Source of the DNA: an uncultured Candidatus Saccharibacteria bacterium
GTDB taxonomy: Bacteria; Patescibacteriota; Minisyncoccia; UBA6257; 1-14-0-10-44-23
Length of the DNA: 64,000 nt
Assembly: GCA_964641225.1 (NCBI GenBank)
Contig: CAZXKC010000001.1
Coordinates: 131,602 to 195,601 of the forward strand
Reading direction: 5' to 3'
This document shows, in pieces, positions 51,003-60,389 of this stretch. The first letter of the stretch is position 1, and each line of letters opens with the position of its first letter. The position numbers and the translations under genes were made by a program. The notes under the pieces were generated by a model. The model was not told the origin of the DNA. It saw only the letters and a list, made by a program, of their open reading frames with translations, and searched no databases.

Positions 51003-51290
51003 TTAGGGGATATTATTTTTTCGTTGTCTGGCAGCACTGTTGATCATGCTGATTTTTTGCGCTCGGGATAATTTTTTGATCGCTATTTCGCGGGAGAGGG
51101 CTTTTCCTTTGCTGCGAAATGTTTGCGTAAATATAATTGTATCTGGCGGGTGCGAACGCGTATATTTAGCGCCGGTGCCACGCATATGTGCTTTGAGGCG
51201 CTTTTTTAAGTCGTTAGTAATGCCGGTATAGAGGGTTTTATCTTTGCACAGAAGAATATATACGACATATGTCTTTCGGAGACGTTTCAT
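51003..51290 (-). CDS. GIY-YIG nuclease family protein (small, UPF0213-like)
   Basis: YVVYILLCKDKTLYTG ... GIY-YIG motifs. Confidence 0.75.
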   Translation of the reverse strand: MKRLRKTYVVYILLCKDKTLYTGITNDLKKRLKAHMRGTGAKYTRSHPPDTIIFTQTFRSKGKALSREIAIKKLSRAQKISMINSAARQRKNNIP

Positions 51291-51362
51291 CTGTTGATTT
51301 TATCAGTAGGAGTTGATATTGCGCAATTTTTTCTCTATTTATGCTAAGCTACCAGGACTTCT

Positions 51363-52619
51363 ATGGATGCAGATACACAGTGGGATGTTGCGGTAATCGG
51401 AGGCGGTCCGGCAGGTATGATGGCTGCAGGGCAGGCTGCTGCGCTTGGTGCGCGCGTTATTTTGATTGAGAAAAACCCGACCCTTGGTAAGAAGCTGCTC
51501 ATTACCGGCGGCGGTCGTTGCAACGTCACTAACGCCGAACCAGATATGCGGAAGTTTTTGGCTAAGTTTGAAAAGAATGATAAATTTCTTTTTTCGGCTT
51601 TTTCACAACATGCAGTCGCTGATACGCTTGAATTTTTCAAAACGCATGAGATGCCAACGAAAGTTGAAGCTAACGGGCGTGTGTTTCCCGTAAGTGATAG
51701 CGCGCAATCAGTGTGGGATGTCTTAGCTGATGTGATGAAGAAAGGTAAGGTGCGTGTCGTAAAGAAATCTCCAGTTAAACGACTTGTTGTAAAAGAAGGT
51801 GTCGTGGAGGCTGTGCGGTTAGAAAATGGTGAGGATATTCGCGCCCGTTCCTTTATTTTGGCTACCGGCGGAAAGTCGAGACCTGAAACCGGTTCGACCG
51901 GTGATGGTTTTGCGTGGCTTAAAGAAATTGGGCACACCGTCGTCGAGCAGGATGCGGCGCTTGTGCCTGTTGCAATCAAGGATGCATGGGTTAAGCGGTT
52001 GCAAGGTGTAAGCCTGGCGGAGATTAAGCTGAGCGTATATCAAGGCGGGCAAAAGCAGGGAAGTCGTGAAGGAAAAATGTTATTTACTCATTTTGGTGTC
52101 AGCGGTCCCGCCGTTTTGAATCTTAGTCGCGAAATTGGCGAGTTGCTTAAATATGGAGACGTTGCGCTCTCGCTGGATTTGTTACCAAGTCTTGATCAAG
52201 ACAAGGTTGATCTTAAAATTCAGCAGGCATTCAAGCTTGATGCAAATAAGAAATTTAAAAATGTAATCAGCCAGATAGTGCCGTCTGCGCTCGGTCCTGT
52301 GATAGTTGAGCTTTCTAAGATCAGCCCCGATCTGTTTTGCCATAGCGTTACGCGTGAGCAGCGGTTGCGACTTGTAAAATTGCTTAAGGATATGCCAATG
52401 AATGTCGATAAGCTGCTCGGAGTAGATAAGGCTATCGTAACCAGCGGTGGCGTGGCGTTGACCGAAGTCGATTTTAAAACTATGCGTTCTCGCAAATTTG
52501 AAAATCTATATATAGTAGGCGATATGCTCAATATTAGTCGTCCGTCGGGAGGATATAGTTTGCAGCTGTGCTGGACTACGGGTTTTATTGCAGGAGTTGA
52601 TTCTGCTAAAAGGGTGTGA
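51363..52619 (+). CDS. NAD(P)/FAD-dependent oxidoreductase, HI0933/BaiN-like flavoprotein
   Basis: DVAVIGGGPAG ... ITGGGRCNVTN signature. Confidence 0.8.
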   Translation: MDADTQWDVAVIGGGPAGMMAAGQAAALGARVILIEKNPTLGKKLLITGGGRCNVTNAEPDMRKFLAKFEKNDKFLFSAFSQHAVADTLEFFKTHEMPTKVEANGRVFPVSDSAQSVWDVLADVMKKGKVRVVKKSPVKRLVVKEGVVEAVRLENGEDIRARSFILATGGKSRPETGSTGDGFAWLKEIGHTVVEQDAALVPVAIKDAWVKRLQGVSLAEIKLSVYQGGQKQGSREGKMLFTHFGVSGPAVLNLSREIGELLKYGDVALSLDLLPSLDQDKVDLKIQQAFKLDANKKFKNVISQIVPSALGPVIVELSKISPDLFCHSVTREQRLRLVKLLKDMPMNVDKLLGVDKAIVTSGGVALTEVDFKTMRSRKFENLYIVGDMLNISRPSGGYSLQLCWTTGFIAGVDSAKRV

Positions 52620-52620
52620 A

Positions 52621-52679
52621 GGTACCCAAAAACCAGCGCACTGTCGGAAATCGCGACAGCACGCTGGTTTTTGGGTACT
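52621..52679. terminator. long near-perfect hairpin (25-bp stem) between convergent genes; bidirectional terminator
   Basis: gtacccaaaaaccagcgcactgtcg ... cgacagcacgctggtttttgggtac. Confidence 0.55.
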
Positions 52680-52684
52680 ATGCG

Positions 52685-52840
52685 CTATCCGGATACTGGG
52701 TTTCTGCCCTGAATAATTCGGATAAGAAACATGATGATGGCGACCACTAGCAGAACGTGGATCAGACCGCCGATCGTGTATGAGGTGACCAGACCGAGAA
52801 GCCACAAGACGATCAGAACAGTTGCGATAGTAAGAAGCAT
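52685..52840 (-). CDS. small membrane protein (51 aa), lmo0937-like family; absent from ORF track (<60 aa)
   Basis: translation MLLTIATVLIVLWLLGLVTSYTIGGLIHVLLVVAIIMFLIRIIQGRNPVSG resembles known 2-TM micro-protein family. Confidence 0.5.
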   Translation of the reverse strand: MLLTIATVLIVLWLLGLVTSYTIGGLIHVLLVVAIIMFLIRIIQGRNPVSG

Positions 52841-52954
52841 TGGTTTTTTAGATTAATTATAAAACCGTCGATTTCACGATGATTTCTTCATGTAGTAATT
52901 AAGACGAAGAGTGCGGTGTTCTATTAAATCCTTCTGATATGTTAGGATGTATAT

Positions 52955-53218
52955 ATGTTGTGGCAAGATTACGTGCTGACGGTTGGATCGCTTGTATTTG
53001 TAATTTCTTTGATTCCGGCTACATTTTCTAAAGATAAGCCGCCATTTTTAACGAGCGTACCGACATTCTTTTTCCTGTACTTATTTGCCGGCGTATATTT
53101 AACGCTTTCCCTCTGGTTATCAGCAATTACGACGTTTTTAACCGGTACGATGTGGTTCATCTTAGCGATCCAAAAATATAGGCAAAACAAGCTGTTGCAT
53201 AATTCACACCTGAAATAA
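52955..53218 (+). CDS. hypothetical small membrane protein
   Basis: ORF with 3 hydrophobic segments. Confidence 0.35.
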   Translation: MLWQDYVLTVGSLVFVISLIPATFSKDKPPFLTSVPTFFFLYLFAGVYLTLSLWLSAITTFLTGTMWFILAIQKYRQNKLLHNSHLK

Positions 53219-53278
53219 TTTTTTCCTCTTTCTGTAGTAATGTGTGTCTGGCGCTGGAGTTCAGCGTGGTTGCGGGGA

Positions 53279-53308
53279 GCTAAAAACCGCCGAAAGGCGG
53301 TTTTTAGC
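53279..53308. terminator. bidirectional intrinsic terminator aaaaccgccGAAAggcggttttt
   Basis: hairpin flanked by A-run and T-run. Confidence 0.6.
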
Positions 53309-53315
53309 TGGGAAT

Positions 53316-53774
53316 TTATTTATTCAGTGCTGCTTTAAAGAGTTCTTGCGCGGCGGCCGGTACGTGACCACCATAGAACCACATCATGAAGGCATTAGCG
53401 GCAATGCTGCGAATATTTGAGCTTGCGCTCGGCGGAGGATTGAATGCTGCCGCAATTTCCTGGTCAGAATAGTTCGCTAGCAGGAATTGGCCGACGTTCG
53501 TTAAAAAGACGAACGGGAACAGTTCTTTTGGAATGTTGTTACGAATATATATCGTTGGCTGGGCCATTAATTCCTCGTGGCCAGTCCAATGCAGATAGTT
53601 GTTTATAAAACAACCCCAGACGGGGTCGTACCCGTCCGGCTGCAAGCAGTCTTTGTTTATATTGTCCGATAGCGTAACTTTTAATTTTGAGAAGTCGGCC
53701 GCAAGGGCTGGCTGAGCCGCCATAAGCAGGGTTGCGGCAACAGCTCCCGCCAAGGCAATTTTTTTGATAGTCAT
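53316..53774 (-). CDS. hypothetical secreted protein
   Basis: signal peptide MTIKKIALAGAVAATLLMAAQPALA. Confidence 0.45.
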   Translation of the reverse strand: MTIKKIALAGAVAATLLMAAQPALAADFSKLKVTLSDNINKDCLQPDGYDPVWGCFINNYLHWTGHEELMAQPTIYIRNNIPKELFPFVFLTNVGQFLLANYSDQEIAAAFNPPPSASSNIRSIAANAFMMWFYGGHVPAAAQELFKAALNK

Positions 53775-53843
53775 GCCTTCTATAGTACAATACTAAATTA
53801 AAATAAAAAATAGAGAGATTGCTTCATTGAAGAAATATAGAGT

Positions 53844-54500
53844 TTGTTCGTCTTAGTTAGTATGACTATGGTGTTTAGGGCTATGCGCATAGTTTTTTTG
53901 GTTAGCTGCGTACTAGGGGTGATTTTTTTGTTTGTACTCTACCGGCCTGCCTCGACGATGATTATTAGGTCGCCAGTTGGCGCGGAGGCTTCTGTGGAGC
54001 AGGTTATAGTAAGCGACCCATTAATCGGTAAGCCGCTGACGCTATACATCCCTGCGCTTTCGGTGAATGCGCCAATTCAGGCCGTTGGTAAAGCAGCCAG
54101 TGGCGCTATGGGTACGCCTCAAGGCGTCAATAAATTCCGAGAGGTTGGCTGGTATAAATTTGGTCCGCGTCCAGGTCAGCAGGGCAGTGCAGTGATTGAT
54201 GGCCATCTTGATAATGCACTTTCTCTTAAAGGTGTTTTTTATCACCTTGATCAACTGAAGATTGGCGATGAGGTGAGTGTACAGACCGATGAGGGTGAAC
54301 AGGTGTTTTTCCGAGTGACGCAGGTGCGTACCTATGACTACAAAGACGCATCGACAGATGAGGTGTTTATCTCAAACGATGGTAAGGCTCATTTGAATTT
54401 AATCACCTGCGAGGGGGCGTGGGTGCAACGTGAAAAAAGTTATGACCAGCGACTCGTTGTGTTTACCGATCTTATTTCTATAGCACCAGCCGGTTTTTAG
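53844..54500 (+). CDS. sortase family transpeptidase
   Basis: N-terminal anchor, catalytic His region VIDGH, TLxTC-type motif LNLITCEG. Confidence 0.7.
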   Translation: MFVLVSMTMVFRAMRIVFLVSCVLGVIFLFVLYRPASTMIIRSPVGAEASVEQVIVSDPLIGKPLTLYIPALSVNAPIQAVGKAASGAMGTPQGVNKFREVGWYKFGPRPGQQGSAVIDGHLDNALSLKGVFYHLDQLKIGDEVSVQTDEGEQVFFRVTQVRTYDYKDASTDEVFISNDGKAHLNLITCEGAWVQREKSYDQRLVVFTDLISIAPAGF

Positions 54501-54603
54501 GATTTTCCTGCTGCGATAACTGTGATCTCTATCGTAATGCACAGGAAAACACAAAAAAGACTATCCCTAGTCTTTTTTGTGCGGGATATGTAACTAGCAC
54601 TTA

Positions 54604-55434
54604 TTATTTTGCTAGTGATTTTTTTGCCAAGAACGTTACGCCGGCACTTGCCGCTGCTGCACTGAGCGCGAGCAGAATGATATTGGCTACAGCCGCACCT
54701 CCTGCGCCTGTGTTAGGTAGGCCTGGAGTCACCACGCTGTAGTTATACGACGCTCCTGTTGGTGCAGAGGCTGAGTAAAAGCCAGTGCCCGGATCATAGT
54801 ACAAGCCTGTTGAAGGATTGTAGTAGGTTCCAAACGCCGAGCTCGAATAGCCCGCAGGAATGTTGTATCCGCCGCTGGAGTTAAACGAGGCCGGTCCGGT
54901 CGGTGCTGTCGTTGAATACTGTCCGGTCATCGGGTTGTAGTACAATCCATTCGAGTTATTGTAGTATATCCCGTTTGAATTATACGAACTGTATCCGCCC
55001 GGAATAGTGTAGGTTGTTCCATTTGCCGCTGTGTATGAGGTTGATGGATACGTTGGTCCGGATGGCGCCGTTGTTGAATAAAATCCGGTAACCGGATCAT
55101 AATATTGTCCGGTTGAAGAATTGTAATACGTTCCATACGACGAATTAGTAAATCCGGCCGGGACCGTATAGGTTCCATCTGGATTTCGTGTCGCAGGTCC
55201 TGTCGGGGCTGTCGAAGAATACTGTCCCGTTGTTGGGTTATAATACTGTCCAGCCGAAGAGTTATAATATGTTCCATTGGCATACGGCTGATAGCCCGCC
55301 GGCACAGAATACATTGTTCCGTTTGGGCCCGTATAAGTAGATTGAGCAGATGCTATTCCGCTACCAGCTAAAAGTGCAGCGCTTGTCGCTACGAGGGCGA
55401 TAGCTGCTGCTTTAGACATTTTTTGTAGTTTCAT
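54604..55434 (-). CDS. LPXTG-type cell-wall anchored surface protein with Y/N/G/T-rich repeats
   Basis: signal peptide; C-terminal LPNTGAGG plus hydrophobic stretch plus KKSLAK sorting signal. Confidence 0.7.
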   Translation of the reverse strand: MKLQKMSKAAAIALVATSAALLAGSGIASAQSTYTGPNGTMYSVPAGYQPYANGTYYNSSAGQYYNPTTGQYSSTAPTGPATRNPDGTYTVPAGFTNSSYGTYYNSSTGQYYDPVTGFYSTTAPSGPTYPSTSYTAANGTTYTIPGGYSSYNSNGIYYNNSNGLYYNPMTGQYSTTAPTGPASFNSSGGYNIPAGYSSSAFGTYYNPSTGLYYDPGTGFYSASAPTGASYNYSVVTPGLPNTGAGGAAVANIILLALSAAAASAGVTFLAKKSLAK

Positions 55435-55561
55435 TGTAGTAGTGATGTGTGTAGAGGTTAGTTGATAAATGTGTGTGTCGACCACCACATAGATTGAGAC
55501 GGCGTCAATAACTCTTTCTTAAAGAAGAGTTGAATTAGCTTTTATAGCAGAAGTTCGTAGC

Positions 55562-56371
55562 TCAAGCTTGCTTTCTCAGATTTGCTTTAACGTGCTTAAG
55601 ATACGCCACGACGATGAAGCAAATGATGATCATCAAAAACCAGGAGGTTATTTTTCGCCATGTGACCAGTTCCCATGCATGGATTTGAGAGGGGTATTGC
55701 CAGGCCCCATAGAATGTCCCGATATTTTCTGCAAACCACACAAATATTGCAATGAGTACAAAACTTAGCCCGAGCGGCATGCGATATGTTTTCTGCCGAG
55801 GCGTAAATTCAACCCAGGTTTTTCTATATAAAATAAAGATTGCAGCGATTAGGAAGAGGCGGATATCGTAGACAAAGTGGTTTGTAAAAAAGTTGAGATA
55901 GATAAGGATGCCTAGAATAACGCTGTAGATGTAGTGAGGATAATTCACGAGTTTAAGGTTGAGCATCTTCCACGCGTGAGCGATATAGCTGCCTATTGAG
56001 GCATACATAAATCCGCTAAATAAAGGAACGGCAAAGATTTTCAAATATCCGGCTTCAGGATACGACCAGGAGCCGACCATTGGGCTTGTTTTGTATATTT
56101 CTAAAATGACTCCGATAATATGGAAGAGAACGATCGTTTTTGCCTCATCTATCGTCTCAAGTTTAAAGATCAGCATCAGTATTTGAATTGCCACCGCGGC
56201 GATAAACAAAAAGTCATAGCGATACAGGCCGGGGATATGTATATACGTTGATGCAAAGATTAAGAAAAGAAATACTCCGGCAAAGAGCGCCGAGCGAGCT
56301 TGCTTGAGAGTAAAGGCAATAAAATCTTGAATCATGGGCATAATTTTATAACGATAATAATATATTGACAA
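55562..56371 (-). CDS. integral membrane protein (DUF817-like)
   Basis: 8 TM-like segments; family assignment from memory, weak. Confidence 0.4.
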   Translation of the reverse strand: MSIYYYRYKIMPMIQDFIAFTLKQARSALFAGVFLFLIFASTYIHIPGLYRYDFLFIAAVAIQILMLIFKLETIDEAKTIVLFHIIGVILEIYKTSPMVGSWSYPEAGYLKIFAVPLFSGFMYASIGSYIAHAWKMLNLKLVNYPHYIYSVILGILIYLNFFTNHFVYDIRLFLIAAIFILYRKTWVEFTPRQKTYRMPLGLSFVLIAIFVWFAENIGTFYGAWQYPSQIHAWELVTWRKITSWFLMIIICFIVVAYLKHVKANLRKQA

Positions 56372-56422
56372 ACGATAAATAGCCAGATAGACTGTAGATA
56401 TAGATTAATTAGTTATTTTTTT

Positions 56423-56908
56423 ATGATCAAACGAGGATCAACGAATATTTTACGGCTGGCAATTTTCGGCATTGGACTGATTGTCCTTGCCTTGTGTATA
56501 TTTGCACTACCGGAAATTTGGAATGGCGGCTCATTAGAATTTCCAGAGGCGAGCACGGCACTGTTCTTGATCATGATGGGCATGTATGCAACCACTGTGC
56601 CGTTTTTTATCGCGCTGTGGCAGGCTCTGCAATTGCTGCGCTACATTGACGAGCGAACTGCTTTTTCTGAATTGTCGGTCAAGTCGCTCAAGCATATAAA
56701 ACACTGTGCGATTATTATCGCCGCCTTCTATGTCGGCGGCGTGCCATTACTGTATCCAATCGCGGAATCCGATGACGCACCTGGCCTTATATTAATCGGC
56801 GCGGCTATTGCCTGTGCTCCGATTGTTGTGGCTGTTTTTGCTGCAGTGCTTGAACGACTGCTCCGCGAGGCGATCGCGATAAAATCAGAAAACGATTTAA
56901 CCGTATAA
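56423..56908 (+). CDS. membrane protein (DUF2975-like) paired with downstream HTH regulator
   Basis: 4 TM; conserved gene pair DUF2975 plus XRE HTH. Confidence 0.5.
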   Translation: MIKRGSTNILRLAIFGIGLIVLALCIFALPEIWNGGSLEFPEASTALFLIMMGMYATTVPFFIALWQALQLLRYIDERTAFSELSVKSLKHIKHCAIIIAAFYVGGVPLLYPIAESDDAPGLILIGAAIACAPIVVAVFAAVLERLLREAIAIKSENDLTV

Positions 56909-56918
56909 CTTTGAGCGT

Positions 56919-57122
56919 ATGGCGATTATTATCAACATCGACGTTATGCTGGCTAAGCGCAAGATGAGCGTTACTGAACTCGCTGACCGAGTCGGCATCA
57001 CCATGGCCAATATCTCTGTTTTGAAAAATGAAAAGGCCAGAGCAATTCGTTTTTCAACGCTCGAGGCAATTTGCAAGGCGTTAGATTGCCAACCCGGGGA
57101 TATTTTAGAGTACAAAAAATAG
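56919..57122 (+). CDS. helix-turn-helix transcriptional regulator (XRE/YozG-like)
   Basis: MSVTELADRVGITMANISVLKNEK HTH. Confidence 0.75.
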   Translation: MAIIINIDVMLAKRKMSVTELADRVGITMANISVLKNEKARAIRFSTLEAICKALDCQPGDILEYKK

Positions 57123-57183
57123 TCGAGACTCTGCGCTTCGGCTTTATTGCTAAAACCGGACTACGGTATGGTATAATATAACC

Positions 57184-57870
57184 ATGACTAATAGTCCGGA
57201 TTTAAAAAGCCGTGCAATCACTCTGCGTAAACAAGGGCTTACGTATTCAGAGATTATGGCGCAAATTCCTGTTGCTAAATCAACTCTATCTGACTGGCTG
57301 CATTCGGTAGGCTTGGCAAAACTCCAAAAACAGATTCTTACCGAAAAGAAAAAATTAGGACAACAGCGTGCTGCAGCGGCGAAAAGAACGCAAAGAATAG
57401 AAAAGGAATCTGCGATTAGAGTGGGAGCAAAATCTGAAGTTGCACATTTGATTAAAGACCCTTTGTGGCTTTTAGGTGTCGTTCTCTATTGGAGCGAAGG
57501 CAGTAAGCAGAAAGCATGGACTACATCAATGGGAGTTCGTTTTATGAATATGGATCTGGAGGCCCATAGACTCTTTATAAAATGGAGTAAAAAATATTTA
57601 AATACGAGCCCGGAATATTTTCGGTTTGAAATTTATATTCATGAAAAAGCCAACATTGAAAAAGCAAAAAGTTATTGGTCAAAAAATTTGAGTATCCCAA
57701 CAGAAGAAATTCGGATCTATTATAAAAAGCATAATCTCAACCCAAACAGGAAAAATATACATCAAGATTATTATGGAGTTCTTAGAACATCAATCAGTAA
57801 AAGCACGGATTTAAATAGGAAGATTGCAGGTTGGACTGAGGGTGTGATAAAGTACTTCCAACAGAAATAG
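57184..57870 (+). CDS. hypothetical protein with N-terminal HTH; possible LAGLIDADG-like motif (LGVVLYWSEGSK)
   Basis: LRKQGLTYSEIMAQIPVAKSTLSDWL HTH-like; endonuclease assignment speculative. Confidence 0.35.
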   Translation: MTNSPDLKSRAITLRKQGLTYSEIMAQIPVAKSTLSDWLHSVGLAKLQKQILTEKKKLGQQRAAAAKRTQRIEKESAIRVGAKSEVAHLIKDPLWLLGVVLYWSEGSKQKAWTTSMGVRFMNMDLEAHRLFIKWSKKYLNTSPEYFRFEIYIHEKANIEKAKSYWSKNLSIPTEEIRIYYKKHNLNPNRKNIHQDYYGVLRTSISKSTDLNRKIAGWTEGVIKYFQQK

Positions 57871-57878
57871 AAGCTGAT

Positions 57879-57949
57879 TGGGGGGTCGTCTAACGGCAGG
57901 ACTCCAGGTTTTGGTCCTGGCTATGAGGGTTCGATTCCTTCCCCCCCAA
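57879..57949 (+). tRNA. tRNA-Gln (anticodon TTG)
   Basis: cloverleaf folded by hand: 7-bp acceptor tgggggg/cccccca, D-stem gtct/ggac, anticodon stem ccagg/cctgg with loop ttTTGgt, T-arm gaggg-TTCGATT-ccttc; no encoded CCA. Confidence 0.8.
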
Positions 57950-57952
57950 CAT

Positions 57953-58576
57953 ATGAAAATTCTTCACAGAGTTGAATCGATAGAGGCCAAAAGGACTTTT
58001 GTGGTTGCTGATTACATCACACAAAGAAAGACTACTGGTAATAATCGCAAGTTCCTCAAAGACGTATCAGAAAAAGAATTTAGTGAAAAATTGATCCAAG
58101 CGAAGAAAGTAATACTGAAGTTGGATGAAAAAGATTTGGATAGGCTTGTGAGTCCAAAATGGCCCAAGAGAATTAAAGCATACAACAATAGCCAGTGGTT
58201 TTTAGCACAAGTTAGCGCGAAAGAAGTAGGAGTTTGGCGTCGAGCCGGAAACTTACCTTTACAATGGACAAACGGTTCACTTTTTGAAACTGCAGGAAAA
58301 GTTAAAGCTGCCTTGATGACAAATTCGAAGCTGCTAAAGCAGCGACCAAAGCACAGCATTCCGAATATTTTAAAAATAAAAACTCATTTAGAACAGAAAG
58401 AAAAATACTTATACCCGATTGTTTTTAAGACTGATACGGGTACAAAAGGTAGAAAGCGATTGAAAAATAAAACGAAGGGTGATATTGATGACGGTTGCAT
58501 GCGCTCTATCGCTCTAGCTATCAGCGGTAGAAATCCTATAACTGTTTATTTCGGGATTCCTAAAAAAGAGACTTAA
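57953..58576 (+). CDS. hypothetical basic protein
   Basis: ORF starting 4 nt after tRNA 3' end. Confidence 0.4.
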   Translation: MKILHRVESIEAKRTFVVADYITQRKTTGNNRKFLKDVSEKEFSEKLIQAKKVILKLDEKDLDRLVSPKWPKRIKAYNNSQWFLAQVSAKEVGVWRRAGNLPLQWTNGSLFETAGKVKAALMTNSKLLKQRPKHSIPNILKIKTHLEQKEKYLYPIVFKTDTGTKGRKRLKNKTKGDIDDGCMRSIALAISGRNPITVYFGIPKKET

Positions 58577-58585
58577 TAACTTTCT

Positions 58586-59023
58586 ATGCCTGAATTAAAA
58601 ACAAAGGTGAATACGGCCAGTGTCGAGAAATTTTTGCACACGATTAAAGACGAGCATAAGCGCGCTGATTGCTTTGTTATCTCTAAGATGATGGAGAGAG
58701 CGACAAAATCTAAGCCGGAAATGTGGGGTACATCGATCGTTGGCTTTGGTCGCAGAACGTATACGTATGCAAATGGTAAAACGGGAGAGTGGATGGTTAT
58801 CGGCTTTGCCCCGCGCAAACAAAATATTGCGCTCTACGGTTTAAAAGTTTTTGAAATGACAAAAGGTGGCTTGAAAGAGCCCAAAGGAGCAAATGATTTT
58901 CTCTTAACCCTAGGAAAATATAAAGAAGGCGGCGGCTGTCTCTATATCAATACGCTCTCCGACGTTAACACGAAGCAGCTTGAGAAAATCATCACGCTCG
59001 CGGTACGTCGTAGCAAACAATAG
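58586..59023 (+). CDS. DUF1801 (YdhG-like) domain protein
   Basis: N-terminal VEKFLHTIKDEHKRADCFVISKMMER ... motif; family assignment from memory. Confidence 0.5.
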   Translation: MPELKTKVNTASVEKFLHTIKDEHKRADCFVISKMMERATKSKPEMWGTSIVGFGRRTYTYANGKTGEWMVIGFAPRKQNIALYGLKVFEMTKGGLKEPKGANDFLLTLGKYKEGGGCLYINTLSDVNTKQLEKIITLAVRRSKQ

Positions 59024-59111
59024 CTTACTATTTTATTTCAGGTGTTCAATGAGCGCCACCTCTAAGAGGGTATGGTCGGCCGCGAGTATACGCGACATTC
59101 GCATACTCGGT

Positions 59112-60224
59112 TTATGAGTTGCTTTTCAAGTGTTCTATCAAAGCAACTTCAATGGGTATAGTCGCAAACGGTGAATAGCGCATTTGGGAATAAGCGACAA
59201 TTAACGCTTTAAGTAGTGGGATGTGTTTTTTGTCGTCTAACTTTCGTGCGTGTTCTTTGATGTGTCCAAGCTCTTTTGTCGTTAGCTCTTTTTTAAAGAA
59301 GTTTTCGAGGTCGGCGTTGTATTTCAGCGTTAAGGCGCGGCGTAAATAGTGAATAAGTTCTTTGGTGAGGTCGACGACGTTGTGACCGCCGGAATTAAGT
59401 TCGCTTAAATAGGCGAGTGAACCCTTGAGATCATTTGCCAGAATTTTATCTGCAAGCTCTATGACCCGGCCGTAACCGACTGTGCCCAGGTTTTCTTCAA
59501 TTGTTTTAACGGTAACTTTCTCGGCAAGCGAGGTAATCTGCGTCAGCAGGCTTTCGGCGTCCCTGAAACTGCCTTCAGCAAGCGCGGCAATGAGCTCGAT
59601 CGCATCGTCATCGATTTTTAGCTTTTCTGTTTTCGCGATTGTCTTTAATTTTCCGATAATAATATCGAGCGGGAGCTTACGGAAATGAAATCGTTGCGCT
59701 CTGCTGGCAATAGTTGTCGGGACTTTATCAAACTCGGTTGTGGCGAGGATAAATATCGCGTGACTCGGCGGCTCTTCGAGCGTTTTAAGCAGGGCATTAA
59801 ACGCACCTTTTGAAAGCATGTGCACCTCGTCGAAGATAATGACTTTGTTTGGATAGCTCGACGGCGCAAGCCGGACGCCTTCTATAATATCGCGCACGTT
59901 ATCGACACCGGTGTTGCTTGCAGCATCAATTTCTATAACGTCGACGCCGCGACCGGCATCGATTTCGTCACAGGCTGTGCATTTGTTGCAGGGTTCGCCG
60001 GTAGCCCTAAAGCGCGCGTCGCGCGCTCGGGTAAAACAGCAGGCGAGTTTGGCAAGCAGGCGGGCTGCAGTTGTTTTACCGCTTCCGCGCGGGCCGAAAA
60101 ATAAATAGGCGTGGCCAAGTTTGCCGGTTGCTGCAGCGCTTTTGAGAACGCCGGTTACTTGTTCTTGGCCAAGGAGTTCATCAAGTGTTTTCGGGCGATA
60201 TTTTCTGTACAATGCTAACGTCAT
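59112..60224 (-). CDS. dnaX: DNA polymerase III subunit gamma/tau (short form)
   Basis: YRKYRPKTLDELLGQE, GPRGSGKTT, zinc CxxC module, IIFDEVHML. Confidence 0.85.
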   Translation of the reverse strand: MTLALYRKYRPKTLDELLGQEQVTGVLKSAAATGKLGHAYLFFGPRGSGKTTAARLLAKLACCFTRARDARFRATGEPCNKCTACDEIDAGRGVDVIEIDAASNTGVDNVRDIIEGVRLAPSSYPNKVIIFDEVHMLSKGAFNALLKTLEEPPSHAIFILATTEFDKVPTTIASRAQRFHFRKLPLDIIIGKLKTIAKTEKLKIDDDAIELIAALAEGSFRDAESLLTQITSLAEKVTVKTIEENLGTVGYGRVIELADKILANDLKGSLAYLSELNSGGHNVVDLTKELIHYLRRALTLKYNADLENFFKKELTTKELGHIKEHARKLDDKKHIPLLKALIVAYSQMRYSPFATIPIEVALIEHLKSNS

Positions 60225-60274
60225 GAGGATAATTTGTACTTATAGTATAGAAGGTAACAAGAATTTGCACGCTA

Positions 60275-60303
60275 TTGACAAATAAGTAATAGTGTGCTAT
60301 AAT
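60275..60303 (+). promoter_or_regulatory. promoter TTGACA-N17-TATAAT for cassette I (divergent from dnaX)
   Basis: 60275-60280 and 60298-60303. Confidence 0.5.
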
Positions 60304-60389
60304 GAACTTAACCGCATGGTGCGGGGGTTTGCGATTTTTTTTCTCAGGGATCGAGGCTTCACGGCCTCATGTAGTAGGGAGGTAGTTCG

